The notes below the pieces were generated by a model, which searched no databases, was not told the origin of the DNA, and saw only the letters and a program-made list of their open reading frames with translations. Shown one piece after another: positions 23,282-36,975 of a stretch of 64,000 nt of DNA (positions within the stretch are counted from its first letter, which is position 1; the number at the start of each line of letters is the position of its first letter). Source of the stretch: Paraspadella gotoi. Lineage: Eukaryota > Animalia > Chaetognatha. Both the position numbers and the translations under genes were made by a program. The DNA is taken from the NCBI GenBank assembly GCA_051294375.1, contig CM119264.1, positions 9,360,764 to 9,424,763 of the forward strand, read 5' to 3'.

Positions 23282-24717
23282 ATTCCTTATCTCGCTCTCT
23301 TCAAAAGGCACGTGACGTATATTAAGACGGGTCGTACTTTTTCTTTCCACAGACGTCAATATAAGCGCCACGCAGCGTGAGAATAAAAGGTGGTAAAGTG
23401 TTCCTCTGTTTTATCAAAAGCGAGATTTTAAAAAGAACCTCGAGAAAACTGTACATCTATTGACGATACTTTCGAAAATAATTAATAATTAACTAAATAA
23501 CTTTTACTTCTGAATTTCTGTTTGGCAAAAAACCCTTTCTTTCTTTGTTTCTAAAGTACCCATGTTCTTCTTCTGCCTTTTTTTCCCTTATTTTTAATTT
23601 TAAATTGTTTACTTTATTTTTCTTACTAGTTTTTATGACGTTGTCTTATATATTTTCTCTCTATTTTTTATTTCCCTTGTTCCATTGTCTCAAGTCTTCT
23701 ATCTTCTCTTTTTTCTTTTCTTTTCCCTCCTTTCTTTTTGAGATTAGCTATTTCCCATCCTCCCCTTCTTTATGTCCCCTCTTCCTGTAATTCGCCCTTT
23801 GGCCGATTGACCTCGTGACTAAGCATATTGTGACCTTCTCGCAGGAGTTCCTAAAAGAAAACCCCGGGCGGCCTTTCCCCATTTTCCATACCCGGGTCTT
23901 ATTATAGCTTCATTCCCCTTAAAGTCAGTCTTAAGCTCCTTTACTTACCCAAGTCCTTATGCCTGATGAAGCGGTTTTCTTTCGCAAGCCTCAGTTTCAT
24001 GCTGTAGTGAAAATTTCTTGGTTTCACCCTGCCAATAGAATCGGATGCTCTTTGAGTAAACTTGTGACTGTAAGATCTTGGGTTAAATCTCAACCCGGTA
24101 ACGGTAGCGTTAGTTCCTCAGTAAGCCCCTTGGGAGCGAGACAAACCCCTCTGGTTGGTTCCAAGACGAGTACCCGTTCCGTTGCAGGTATCATAAATAT
24201 GCGAATTAGATTCAGACATTTATCCCTACTCCGGTAAACACTGTCTTTGTTTTTATACTTCTAATAAAATTCCGGAATTGATTATAGTTAGGGTTGGAAC
24301 GAAAGGTCTGCGAGCAAATTCCCTCTCAGAAGGTCAAGTACTTCCTTGGGTCAAAGCCAGAGGTCGTTGGCGATTATGGGCGTCTGAGGTTTTCGGCGCG
24401 GACGAGTTCGTGTCAAGTGATTCGGTCAGAGAAGAGACAAAGTAGACAGTTTGGAAAAATGAGAGAAAGAGGAAGAGGATTGGCGGTTGGAAGTCGAAAA
24501 GGCAGAGGCGACTTCTTTCGGCAGAGAAATGAACGAAGATGATTAGGTCGTGAATTGACAGGGTAACGCGTTGTTGTTGTCGCCGTTGTCGTCCCCGTTG
24601 TCTTCTTCGAAGATGTCATCAATGCGAATTGAAGTTGTCCCTTAATTTCCTACCATAAAAGCGTCGTGAGGGCAATTAAAGGAAGAAATCCAACTCTTTC
24701 TTTTACTTCGTTTTGTC

Positions 24718-24718
<1 letters not shown>

Positions 24719-24792
<74 letters not shown>

Positions 24793-24800
24793 TTTTTTCT
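24719..24800. repeat. (CTTT)n microsatellite
   Basis: Direct reading. Confidence 0.95.
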
Positions 24801-24885
24801 TTCTTTCTATCTTTCTTTCTTTTTTTCCTTTTTTCTCTCCGTTTTTATATCTAAAATCTCTCTCTCTCTCTCTCTCTCTCTTCTC

Positions 24886-24929
<44 letters not shown>

Positions 24930-25160
24930 TTCTTTTCCTTGCTTATCGTCTTTTGAAAATTTCATGCAGGAGACACCCCAGCTTCTATCGCGGCTCCTTG
25001 GGAATATAAATATTAAAATCAAGGTCTCCTCCAAAAAAATTTTTTACCCCGACTAAATTTATGAGAATTTTTTTTTTATTTCCCTAAAAAATCTGCTCTC
25101 TTTTGAGTAATTACCGTGCGAGAGAGGGGAAAGGGGGAGAGAGAAAGAGAGAGGAGAGAA

Positions 25161-25224
<64 letters not shown>

Positions 25225-26593
25225 TGAGACAAAGAATTCTTCAGTTCAATTACCGACGATGTTCCAGTTGATGATCACCTGTTCAGGCAGTTTTAAAAAG
25301 GTTTTTTTGTTCAATGGGAAAAAAAAGCAGCGAGCAAAAAAAAAAAACTTCATCTGGTGGCCGCACTTAAAATGAGCGAACATTAACTTCATGCGCCAAC
25401 GGAATAAGAATTAAATCTGAGGGAAAATTTGTCATCTTTCTCGAGGTTTGAGGCGTAAATTTTTAGTTGTTCTTGAATCTGAAAATTCTTTTTTGTTAAG
25501 TTTTTAGAGAACTATAAATTCATGGTTTTTTGCTAATGTAATTTTTTTCCCTATCATTTCTATATTTTTCTCTTTCTTCAATTTTCTCCGCTTTTATTTT
25601 CCACTATTTTCTATATATTCAGCTTCACTTTTTTTTAACCCTAAATGTTTTATAAATTTTAAACTAAGGATGATTGAAAACGAAAGACAAAAATCCTCTC
25701 GAGGAAAATATTTTTAAATGCTGAGAAAAAATTTTTTTTTCAATTAAATATGCAAAAAGTTAGGTTCAAGAAAACTTTGCCAACCGGGAAGAAAAATCCT
25801 TCGGAAATGCATTAGTCTACAGCAAAATGGAAAATGACAACTAAAACGAAAAAAAAAAAACTCATAATAAGAAATCAAAATCTTTAAAATGTATTTCATT
25901 AAGCACAAGAGAAGTGAAATAATTTAACAGTAAAAATGCTTCGGTTTCAAATTTTCCCGATTTATCGCTTATTAAGTTCCGACCTCCCAACCTCCCAACT
26001 TTTCGCTATTCCTTCAAAATCTCTAACGCACTCTCCTGGTCTCCTTTCCCTCTACTACCCTACTTAAGCGCCCTTACGTCGCCCACCAAAATATTTCTTT
26101 GGATTCCAAATCTCCAGAGTTTCTCTCTCGACGTCAACACCCACGAGGAGAAGAAATAAAAAAAAAAATTCTCCGCTAAAATTCGATTGAAAAAAAGGGA
26201 AAAAAAAGTTCGCGTTCAAAGTTGGAAGATGGCGCCTTGAATCGAGTTCGGCGATGACGTAAACAAAAACAAACAAACAAACAAAAAAATGATTTATATT
26301 CGTTCGACGACGGAAAATAAAAAGCAAAGAGTTTGTTCCCGCGCGTGATGATTAAAGTTTTAAAAATGATCTCTTCCTCGTGCGAAAAGAATAGTAATTT
26401 GTATATATTTTTAACTTGTTTATTCTAATTTACGTGATAATTTAAACTTGTTTATTCTAATTTACGTAATAAAGAAAATAGTGACAAATAAAACATGTTG
26501 TCACCTAAATATTAATTCGGTAAATACATTTGACTGTCTGATGAATTAGTATCTGTAACCTGTTATATTTCATTGGGCATCATTGAAAAATTT

Positions 26594-26711
<118 letters not shown>

Positions 26712-27849
26712 ACTTTATCATAACATCCTGGAGAGGCTAATCTCGAGTTTCGCTGAGATTTAATGCGTTTCGTAAATTTCTCTAGAGAATCTTAGGGACG
26801 GCGAGTCGGCTTCGGCGCCCCGTTGCAGCGCTAGACCGCGGCGCCCCTGTTGCAGGGCTCAACCGCTTCGCCCCGTTGCAGCGCTCGGCCCCGATGCCCC
26901 GCGCCTCGAACGCAAGGCGAATTAGTGGTCGTTTCGCAATGCAGAGTCTGTTTTACGAGGTGAGGCGGCGATTCGGGGTTCATATTATTCACATCATGAA
27001 ACACACACAATTTGAATACAGCCATTTTGGGAGATTTAAAGCAGTTACGTGCGAGACCTGAGGCTGCCGTATATCTTCCTCTCGATCTCTGGCTCTCTCT
27101 CTAGTTTTTAAGGAAAAAGTATTATAATCAGCCCAAATTATTATTCATTCTAAGTTTTTTATGTATTTCAACTCAATAAAAAATATAATTATTCACACGG
27201 TTGTTTGTTTGAAAATTATTAGAAAAAAAAAATAATCTCGCCAAGCTGAAATGATCGATGCGAGTGTCAGACGGAAGGAAGAAAAAAAAATCAGGGTTCA
27301 TTAAAATTTCTCCCCGAGGAATCGTTGGTGCTCGTTGGAGCAGTTTTATGAGACGTATTACGTATTCAGTGGCTCGAAATAGTTACTATATTACCATTAG
27401 CGTATGATAGTAGAAGTAAAAAGAGCACAGTTTTCTTTTTTTAACTCTTATCAATATCTTCTTTTTAGAATCTAGTAGTTTTAATAAAAAGAAAAAGAAA
27501 TTAGATAATTCTATTCGAAAATTGCTCCCGTCGCTCGATCCATTGTTTGCCGACGATAGAGACGTAATTGTTTCAATTGTTTCTCCGATTGGTTTTTTTT
27601 TTTTTTTTTTATTCCTTCCTCTTTTTATTAATTTTCCAGTCGCGGCGAAGAATGTTTTTCTTTCCTCGTCTCGCTTCTCTTCTTTCCTTTCCTCCGATTC
27701 CTCCTTTTTCCTTCCTTTTCTCCTCGCCTCTCTGGGCGCGGATGATTTCTCAATATCTTTCGCTCTCCCTTTCCTCTTGTTTTCTTAATTCTCTGTTTGC
27801 CTCTTACTTTCCTTTTACTTTGGGCAAAATATACTCAAGACCCAATCTA

Positions 27850-27905
<56 letters not shown>

Positions 27906-28313
27906 CTGCTCTTCTCTCCATTTTTTTCATTATTTTCGTTTAGGATTTAATCCCTCCTATTCTCCGAGCATTTGATTGTATTTAAAGACATGATTAACTA
28001 GTTAATTTATCATCAATTTATTAATGATAAATATCACGCGAACTTAAAAGTTTTAGTCATGTGTTTTAAACCAAAAATATTAAAGCCGTCTCGCTTGGTA
28101 TATGTATTAGTTACTGACTTACTTACTTACTTGTTTTACTCGGTTTAGAAGTTAATATGATTTTTATTGTAATCTCACTTTTTCTCTTACTCACAGACTA
28201 AATTCTTTTTCTATTCTTTTGCAATTTTCTTCTCCGTCTTATTCATTTCTCCTTCCTCTTCTCCCGCTATCTTTCCCTCTGGCTGTCTGAAAGCCTTTCC
28301 CTTTGCCAGGCTG

Positions 28314-28402
<89 letters not shown>

Positions 28403-31400
28403 GGTCGACTTGGATTCCAGTCAAGCAGTAACATGTGAAAAAAAGTGAAGAATTAAAAACGAAAAATGACAAAAATAGATCGTGAAAAAGTTTTACGATG
28501 AAAAATCATAAAAAGGACAAGATTATGATACAAAAACGAAATTAAAGCTGAAACAGAAATAAAAACAGAAGAACCAGTCGAATTCAAACACAAGACTGGA
28601 GATAAAGAAAAGAGAAAAAGTCAATTTGAAATAAAAAAAAAAGGTATGAAAGAAGTACTGAATAAAATAAAAAAGGCAGTATAAATAATACAAAAGCGAC
28701 TCCAAGAGTACAGAATTTTATTAATCATCCCTCCTTCCTTTTTATTTTTAAATTTAAATCTTCATTTCATATTCGTGAGTGATTTTTCGTTGTTCCTTCT
28801 GTCCTGACGAGATCAAAATAGGATTTGTCAATATGATGCTCACTGCTCAAGCCTCATGGTACGTTTTTTTTTTTCTCGTCAAAACGGGCGGCGCGGACTG
28901 ACGCACGGACGGACATGAGCAAACACTGAAATGAATATCAAAATGAGTCGAGTTCCGCTTTGGAAGGGATTTGCATTTTTTAAACGGTGATTGTTTTGAC
29001 GTCGTTCATCCGGTTAAAGCCTAGCGGGGAAGGAACGGGAACGAAGTAGTGAAATTGTAGTGAGCATTCTTCAGAAACTAACAATTGTTTTATAATATAT
29101 TTATATTCTGCTCAGTCATCCCAATGTGAACTACGTGCACTAGATAGAGTTCATCGAGAGCTTTGACTAAATAACTAAAAATGACTTTCACGAATGCTAA
29201 AAATAGAGCAGACGACAGAGATGTCACGATCCTTCGCGGGTACATTTATCTCTGCCATCTTCCATATCACCTTTTGCCAAAACCATTAGAGAGAGGTTCG
29301 ACGCATTGACCCTTTCTTCATTGTTGTGGCGAAAGACATTAACTTGCTTAACCCTTCCTCCCTTGCTGCATCATCCATTCGTTGGCATCGGGCCGCATCA
29401 TCCGTTGGCATAATCCATCTGTCTGTCTCGTCTTTTTTCTTATCGAATTACTGAAATATTAATTAATCAACATATTTCCTAATATTATAACCCCATTATT
29501 GCGTTTCATCGAACTGTATGCCATTCCATGCCCCTCCCCAGTTCCTCCCCATCCTTCCCCAGTCTACCCATCCCCATTGATCCCTCGCCCGACTGCAATT
29601 CCGCCTCTCCTACTTCCGGTCTCCATTCTGCCTCCCCCCCCAAAAAAAAAGTCTGGGGAGTTGAACCGTGAAAAGGAACCCCGGTGGGTTAATTGCTTCA
29701 TTACGCCATCCTACGTCCTCCTTTCACCCCTCCGCCCTGCCACCCTTACCACCCACACCACTCCCCCCCCTTCGAACTCCATCTCCCGCGCCAACGATAA
29801 AAGTCTTTCCCGCTTCGTGACAACAACAAAACAAGCGGGTTCTCTTTTCGCTCGGCGGACTCGACACTTTCTGTAAACAATGTTGCGGATTCGTGATTCC
29901 GGCAGAGAGTTTGTTGGAAAACAGGGAATGTTGTTCCGACAACCGCGAAAACTCGATGGAAAAAAAAATTGAGACAATATTTAATTCTGGGGAAGAGAAG
30001 TCGGCATGGGATTTTATTTTATTTTATGTCATTCCATTTTATATCATTAAAGTTTTTCCCTTTATCAAAGAGTAAATATAACTAATTTACGAGCTAATTC
30101 ACATCTCCCATTGATACATTTTAGACTTACACTGATACAGTAAATTCCTGCCTCCAGTCGGATCGTCACTATTACTCACAGCTTCACCACATTTTCGTCT
30201 CTTTAATGTTTTAAACGCCAACTCAACTTGATCGGATCTGCCCAAGCTCCCCGCACCCCGCGTCATTATGACAGCACTTAAACGCCAGCGAAACTGCATC
30301 TCACGCTTTGCCTCACCAACTCCCCCCCATCTGTCAGCATCCGAAAAAACTCGAGCGGTTTTTATCACGTCTCGAAACCCTCGACCCTCGCCCCCTTTTT
30401 ATTCCCCGATGAAGAAAACTCTTGGTTGTCGAAAGTCGGTGGATAAAGGATTCCAATGACGTCAGATGGTTCTTCGTCCGATATTATTATATAATATGAT
30501 TCGCCGATGGGAATTCCCGCCCTCTTTTTTTTTTCTTCCGTTTCGCGCTCTAACGCTATCGACAAGGAACACCCGAAGCGGACGCACCCTTACCCCACAA
30601 TTCGGACACTAAAATCCGTTTTCGTTATTAGACTACCGATCGAATTTCCTTCACTTACAAACCCGAGTTCTATAGCTCTATTAAATAAGCTGCTTTGCTT
30701 CGTTCCTTAATAGTTTCACCACCTCACATCTGAATGCCTCTTAATATTTTCACAGTTTTACACATATTAAACGCTGTAGTCGGAAACCCTTTCGCCGTTT
30801 AGACTGACCGGAACTGACTATCTCGTCAAATGTTGCATTTCTAATTTCTAAACAGCAACACCTTCGCCAAACCAGAAACCCTAAACCGAGACACCCTTGC
30901 CTCGCCACGGCACACGGACACACCCAACGTTCGCACTCCCGTCGCTTTCAAAAACGCATTAACCCGAATCCACTTCGGGCGCCAAATCGTCCAACTGAAA
31001 GAAAACAAGAAAATAAGAAACTCGATTTTCCCCGCGAATCTCGTATCGAAGTCTTCCCCCGATTCCATTTCCTTTTTTTTTATTCCATTTCCTTTTTTTT
31101 ATCGAGCGCTACTGACGACAGACTCATCCTTGGGTACACTTTGTCTATAATCTAAAGCAAGCTTTATCCATCGATATCTAAGTGAGGAGGCCTTGCCATG
31201 TCTTTCATCTCCGTACTATGAGATTTTCTTGAACGTTTTCCGCTACCCCTTTCGAAAAAAAACAACTACGACAAAGACAATCAACTTTTTCTGATTCGGT
31301 CGGTCTGTCGGTCTCGACCAGTACCAAACGAAAATGCGATTTAGATCGGTTCTTCCAAGGCCGAGCGCCGCGTAAAAAGATTCTCGCGCCGAAAAGAAAC

Positions 31401-32947
31401 ATAACGTGAGCGGAGAAGAAGGTCGGGCGAAGGACGTTTCTTTTTTTCTTTTTGTTCCGGGTCGTTTTGAGGCGCTGGGGGCGAGACAGTTTTGTCTTCA
31501 TTCAGGTCTTACTGATGCTAGCTCAGTTTCATTCTTGAATCGAGGCCGTATTTGTAAATAAATCAGTCCTAAAGTTGACGTGGAGTTTATCATACGTTCC
31601 ATCTTCCATTCGTCTCAGTGAATAGATAGATTTGTTTCTCTCTCTCTCTCTCTCTGAGGCTTAACAGAATTTACGTAACGTACATTTACGTTTAATGATT
31701 AACGTACATGACGCATGAGGAATTAAATGTAATTTGAAACGTCATCGTTCAGAAGTAGCGCGCTGAGGAAAATCCTTTGTCTGGTTATCTGGCAAAAAAA
31801 AAACTTCTGCGTGATCCGTCTGTGAAATATTATGTTTGTGAGGTTCACGTGACCGCACGAAACCCTGACCCGAATTCCTGAATCCATTTCGAAATCTGGG
31901 ATGGAAGATTTGAGCGGAACATTCTAGATTGACTCACGCAGAGAGAGAAAGATAGAGATCGGAGGAGATAAAAGGATCAAAAAAAGAAAATAGAACGAAA
32001 AGACTCAAAAGATTTAGAAAGAAGAAATAAATAGAAAGAAAGTTAGGAAGATGAAAGATGACCCGAGCTTTCAGAAAAGATTTCCATTTTTACATTGTAA
32101 TTAGAAAGTGACAACAACTGATTAACATGTACGTTGTTCCAAGGAACTTAATTGGAGCGATCTTTGCCTGAGAATTTGGAAGCCAGGGTTTGAAAACCGG
32201 AACCCATTGAGGCTGTTCGCGTTTTGGTGATGAGTTTTAGATATTAGACGAATAAAATGAGAAAAAGCATCGGATCATCGCCATTAATCCTCCTCATAGA
32301 CGCGCGGGCATCCCTACCATTTCGAGTCGGACGCAATTAAATTAGCCAACGACGCTCATGACTGGGCAGACGACGATGACGACGATGACGACAACGACGG
32401 CTACGTCAACGACGACTATGAAAAGGACGCCGACGAACACATATCCGTCCATTTGCTCTTCCTCCCCAAAGTCGGACCCATAATGAGGGTCCAATTTTTC
32501 TCGACCTCTGACCCTTAAAGCTTTTTGCACCCTTAACCCTTTTTTTATTTCTGTGAGAGCCAGATTTCTTTTTATCAGCTCACGAAAAGCTTTATTTGGG
32601 CGCGGAGTCGAACGAAGCTTTCGACGATGCCTTATTCAAGGTTGTTTACGATTCAGCATCGAAAAAGCATTTGGTGCTCATTGAAGGAGAATGAGTTACT
32701 GCGATGATAACTGTCCAGTTTATTTGAGTTGAGTAAACAGGTCTAAGCTTTAATAAACAGAAAAAATTGGAAACATAACAGTTTGTATTTAAGTACATTT
32801 CCGACTTGTAGGTCGCTCTCACATTTTCATTAAATATAACGAACGTTTTTCTCAGCTGAGAGCAACAGATGTTTTATCTTATGTCTGGTAGCGAGATAAA
32901 CATTTCATTTATCGCAGGAATGATTCTTTCTGAAAGCTTTTTCTTCT

Positions 32948-33004
<57 letters not shown>

Positions 33005-35680
33005 TCTGTCTTTCTATTGCCTTTCACTTACTCCCACCACCACTTTCTTATTTCTTTATTTTTCAATCCGTTGTTTGATGAAATTGATACAAACAATATA
33101 AAAATTATCCATTCATTCAATAAATGAGATATCTTGCCCCTGACTTTGGACAGGCTTGGATGTTATAATGACTCCATGTTTATTTCGTTTTATTTATTTT
33201 TTCTCTTTTTATTTTCGATTAAATCGCCCGATGCCCGACGGCCCTCCGCCTGATTTTGCCGACCCAAATGGCGACGACATGGACGCTCGTCGGGCAAATC
33301 CCTCGGGGTGGGCTCCGGGCTGTTTTGCGCTAATGGTCCCTCGCTTTTTGTTTAAACGTCGAGGATCTCTCCAGGTTTGTCGGTCTTGGACGGACGACGA
33401 CGACGAAAGCGACGACCGAGGAGGAAAATGCAGATACAAACAACTCAAACTCACAAAGAAAAATGATATAAATATTACGTAATACGTATAACTATGTACA
33501 AATTTTGATGACAATGATGTACAACTGGAATGCGATAACCGAGACAATGAACGATTAAGGGAACCTTTATCGACAACAAGAACTAAAAATCAATATAGAA
33601 ACAACGACAACGGGAGACGAGCGCTTGGACAACAACAAAATGCCCCCCCCCAAGGTTTTTCTCGTTGTCGTTTTCCCAAATAAAAAATATGGATTCGCGA
33701 ATGTCAAAGGTCACGTGGGTCGATTCCGGACGTTCACCCCATATTTCTCATATCGAGAGCGACCCCATCTCCTTTTCGACTGAAAGCGAGGACAAGAGAA
33801 ATAAGTGTCTTGCGAGAGAAGAGAGAGAAGAGAGACTGAGAAGAGAGAGAGAGGGGAGGAGAGAAACGATTCATTTTGAAAGACGATCTCGGACATCTAT
33901 CGGTCATTTGCTACGGGGCGTTTCTCTCAACCATTATTGCGCCGACTGTAAAATTGTCAATTAGGCACAAAAAGAAAAGGAAAAGCCAATTTTCTCTTTC
34001 GTTCGTGACCATCGTCGTCGTCTTCGTCGTCGTCTTCGTCGTTGTCTTCGTCGTCGTCGTTCTGTTCGTTGCCGTCGTCTGCTTCATCTTCGTCATCCTA
34101 TTTGCTATTTTAGTTTTTTATTTCAGATTCCGTCTGGAGAAAGACCAGTAAATAAGAAAACAGTTTGACCCTAAAATACTTATATACTAGTTGAATTTTG
34201 ATATAAACCAATGTTATTTACATCAACGTGTATGTCGAAAATTGTGTTGTGAATATTCGAATAGAAAAACTGAGCTCAATGTTGATATGTTTTTTGTTTA
34301 ATTGCTGGTCATTTTTTCGCGCCATTATCGTCGCTGTCGTGTTCTTTGTGAGGGTCGTAGTTGTCGTCGTCGTCGTCGTCGTCGTCGTCTTTCTGCTGAT
34401 CAGCAACTCTGCTGTCAACCGTCTTCATTGTTTTGTTTTCGCATCTGTTGTCGTCGATTTCCTCTTCATTCTTGATCGCTCGTTTCGCCTTTTGTTTTTT
34501 CCTTTTGTTTTAACTTTTTCTCGCTTTTCCGCTTGGCGGCGCTTTCAAAACGTTTGCTTTTTCCCTCCATTTCCGAGGCCATAGTTCTGGAAAAAAAAAT
34601 CGGATGAAGGAAAAAAGGAAAAAAAATTATCGGCCTCACTTTTTCTCTTTTCATAATATTTTTAGAATCAAGAAGCACATGCTCAAGAGTTATTTTTTAT
34701 TTCAAACCTGAACTATATAGCATATATATCATTTGTTTTGCATATAGATTAATATTTGGTAATAATTGTATTATTTTTTTGAATTCCTTTCGTTTCATTT
34801 AGAGACGAAATAATAACATTTTAATGGTAGATAACAACGGCAATGTTCAATTAAAAGACTTAATTTTCTCCGTCCTCGATCATTGACGCTTTTATAATAT
34901 GTAAAAAACATGAAATTAAAAATATTAAGTATGAAAACTGACAAACTGGTTTGAGTTACTTCCTTGCAACAAGAAAAAAAAGAAAAGATTGGCTTCTTTT
35001 ACATATAAATCGAAAGTTTGACTTCTGTGAAGAAGGAAAAAAATGTAAATAAAAAAAAATTGTTTTATTGACAGCTGAAAATTTAGTAGTGAAGAAAAAA
35101 GAATTTTGAAAGCTTTTTACCGTATGCAAATACGTTCAGATACGTATGGAATTTTGTTCAGACTACAGACTACTCAACAAAACTGCAATTAGCCATTGCT
35201 GCAGCAATTTCCTTTGGCACATTTACTAAATTTTAAAAAAGACATCGCTATTTCGGTTCTCTTGACTTTTTTCGACGTTTTAACGAACTTTCTTCGTTGA
35301 CACTTACATTTTCTAATATTTTACAATTATTATAGGACGAGATTCTTTTTAATAATTCTCTCAATAACGTAGTTGTTCGAAAGTGAATATTGTTTATTTT
35401 TATATTTTAATTTTGTTATTAAAATGCAAAAATTTTGTCGAAATAAGGTTTTTCAAAGTTTCTTTTAAGTTATGACTGCGCTGTCTAACTAGAAAAAAAG
35501 AGAGGGAAAATTTCGCCTGATTTTTCAAGCATAAGCTGATGGAAGAACTGAAATTGATACGTCTATAGATGACGAAAAAATTTACTTTAAGTTTTATTTT
35601 AAAATAGAGGTATTTTACCAATTGGATAAAGTGACAGGTGTGAGGAGAGAGAGAGAGAGGAGGAGAGAGAAGAGAAGAGA

Positions 35681-35741
<61 letters not shown>

Positions 35742-35986
35742 CCCGAGACCCTAATGCTCAGAATCTCTGAATCGCAATGAAATATATTCACGAATTTCCG
35801 TCACAAAAGCCTCAGTGATTCCGAGGTCCACCGGGAAAGTCACATCTTTTTGCCATGTGGGAGAGAGAGAGAGAGAGAGGACGAAGAGAGCAGAGCGAGA
35901 GAAGAGAGAGAAAGAGTTGAGTCCACCACTCCAGGCCATGAGAGAGAGAGAGAGAGAGAGAAGAGAGAGAGAGAAGGAGAGAGAGA

Positions 35987-36022
<36 letters not shown>

Positions 36023-36070
36023 TTGAGTCCACCACTCAGAGGCCATGAAGAGCAGAGAGAGAGAGAAGAG

Positions 36071-36131
<61 letters not shown>

Positions 36132-36904
36132 CGTCGTTGCGAGCAGAGGTTTCCGGGTGCGGAAAGAAGGAGAATGCAATTTGACATGAGGAAAGCGATC
36201 CAGGGCGGGAGAAACGAAAGGACAGTGAAATTGGCGGAATTTTGAGAAGGAGGACAAATAGGACAATCTGAAAAAAGAATAAAACTAATTTTATAGAATT
36301 GGAGTTTAAGTTGTAATCTCGTTCAAATATTAAAAAAATGACATTAAAATTACATTAACAGGCGTTGAATCTAAATAATTTTTGTAACTGGCGGTCGAAA
36401 GGAATGGCTGGTGACGATATCTGTGTTTTAAGGCCCCTATGCCTAGTCAAATAGGATAATTCGATTTGATTGAAACGCTTAGAAATATTTTATGTAGTAT
36501 GACTATATTGAGGTTAAGTCACAGTTACTGTTTCTTTTACGGTTTTCTTTCTTTCTTTTCTTTCTTTTCGATTTTTCTTCTTTTCATTTTTTGCCCCCAT
36601 GTATTTTCTCATGTTTCTTTCCCTTCCCGTCCTTCTCTAGTAAATCTGCCAAGTTCGATAAACGCCGCTCGTCACGTCGTCACCCTCGTTTTTGTTTCTG
36701 TTTCCATGACAACCATTTTTCCTCTCGGTTTTGTTTATGTCTTGGTTTCTCCGTTACCAGGGGAATAGGGAAGGGCGGGCTATAGTCGCGCTCGGCTGCC
36801 AAGAAAATACAACCCGACGTCAAAATGCCTTCGGTGCCAGAGTCAAATCAACATCAACAACGCCATTTTTCCTTGTCGCCAGAGAAACTCACCCCAGCAA
36901 CTCT

Positions 36905-36975
<71 letters not shown>

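Noticed and set aside
23960-24000. CTGATGA hammerhead-ribozyme-like core
   Set aside because: A short stem follows, but the obligatory GAAA and stem III are absent.
24060-24190. SINE-like segment (GGGTTAAATC, CCCCTTGGG)
   Set aside because: Boxes are too degenerate and there is no second copy in the window.
31197-31208. 12-nt match to the miR-71 5' end on the minus strand (TGAAAGACATGG)
   Set aside because: Diverges after 12 nt and no precursor hairpin is evident.
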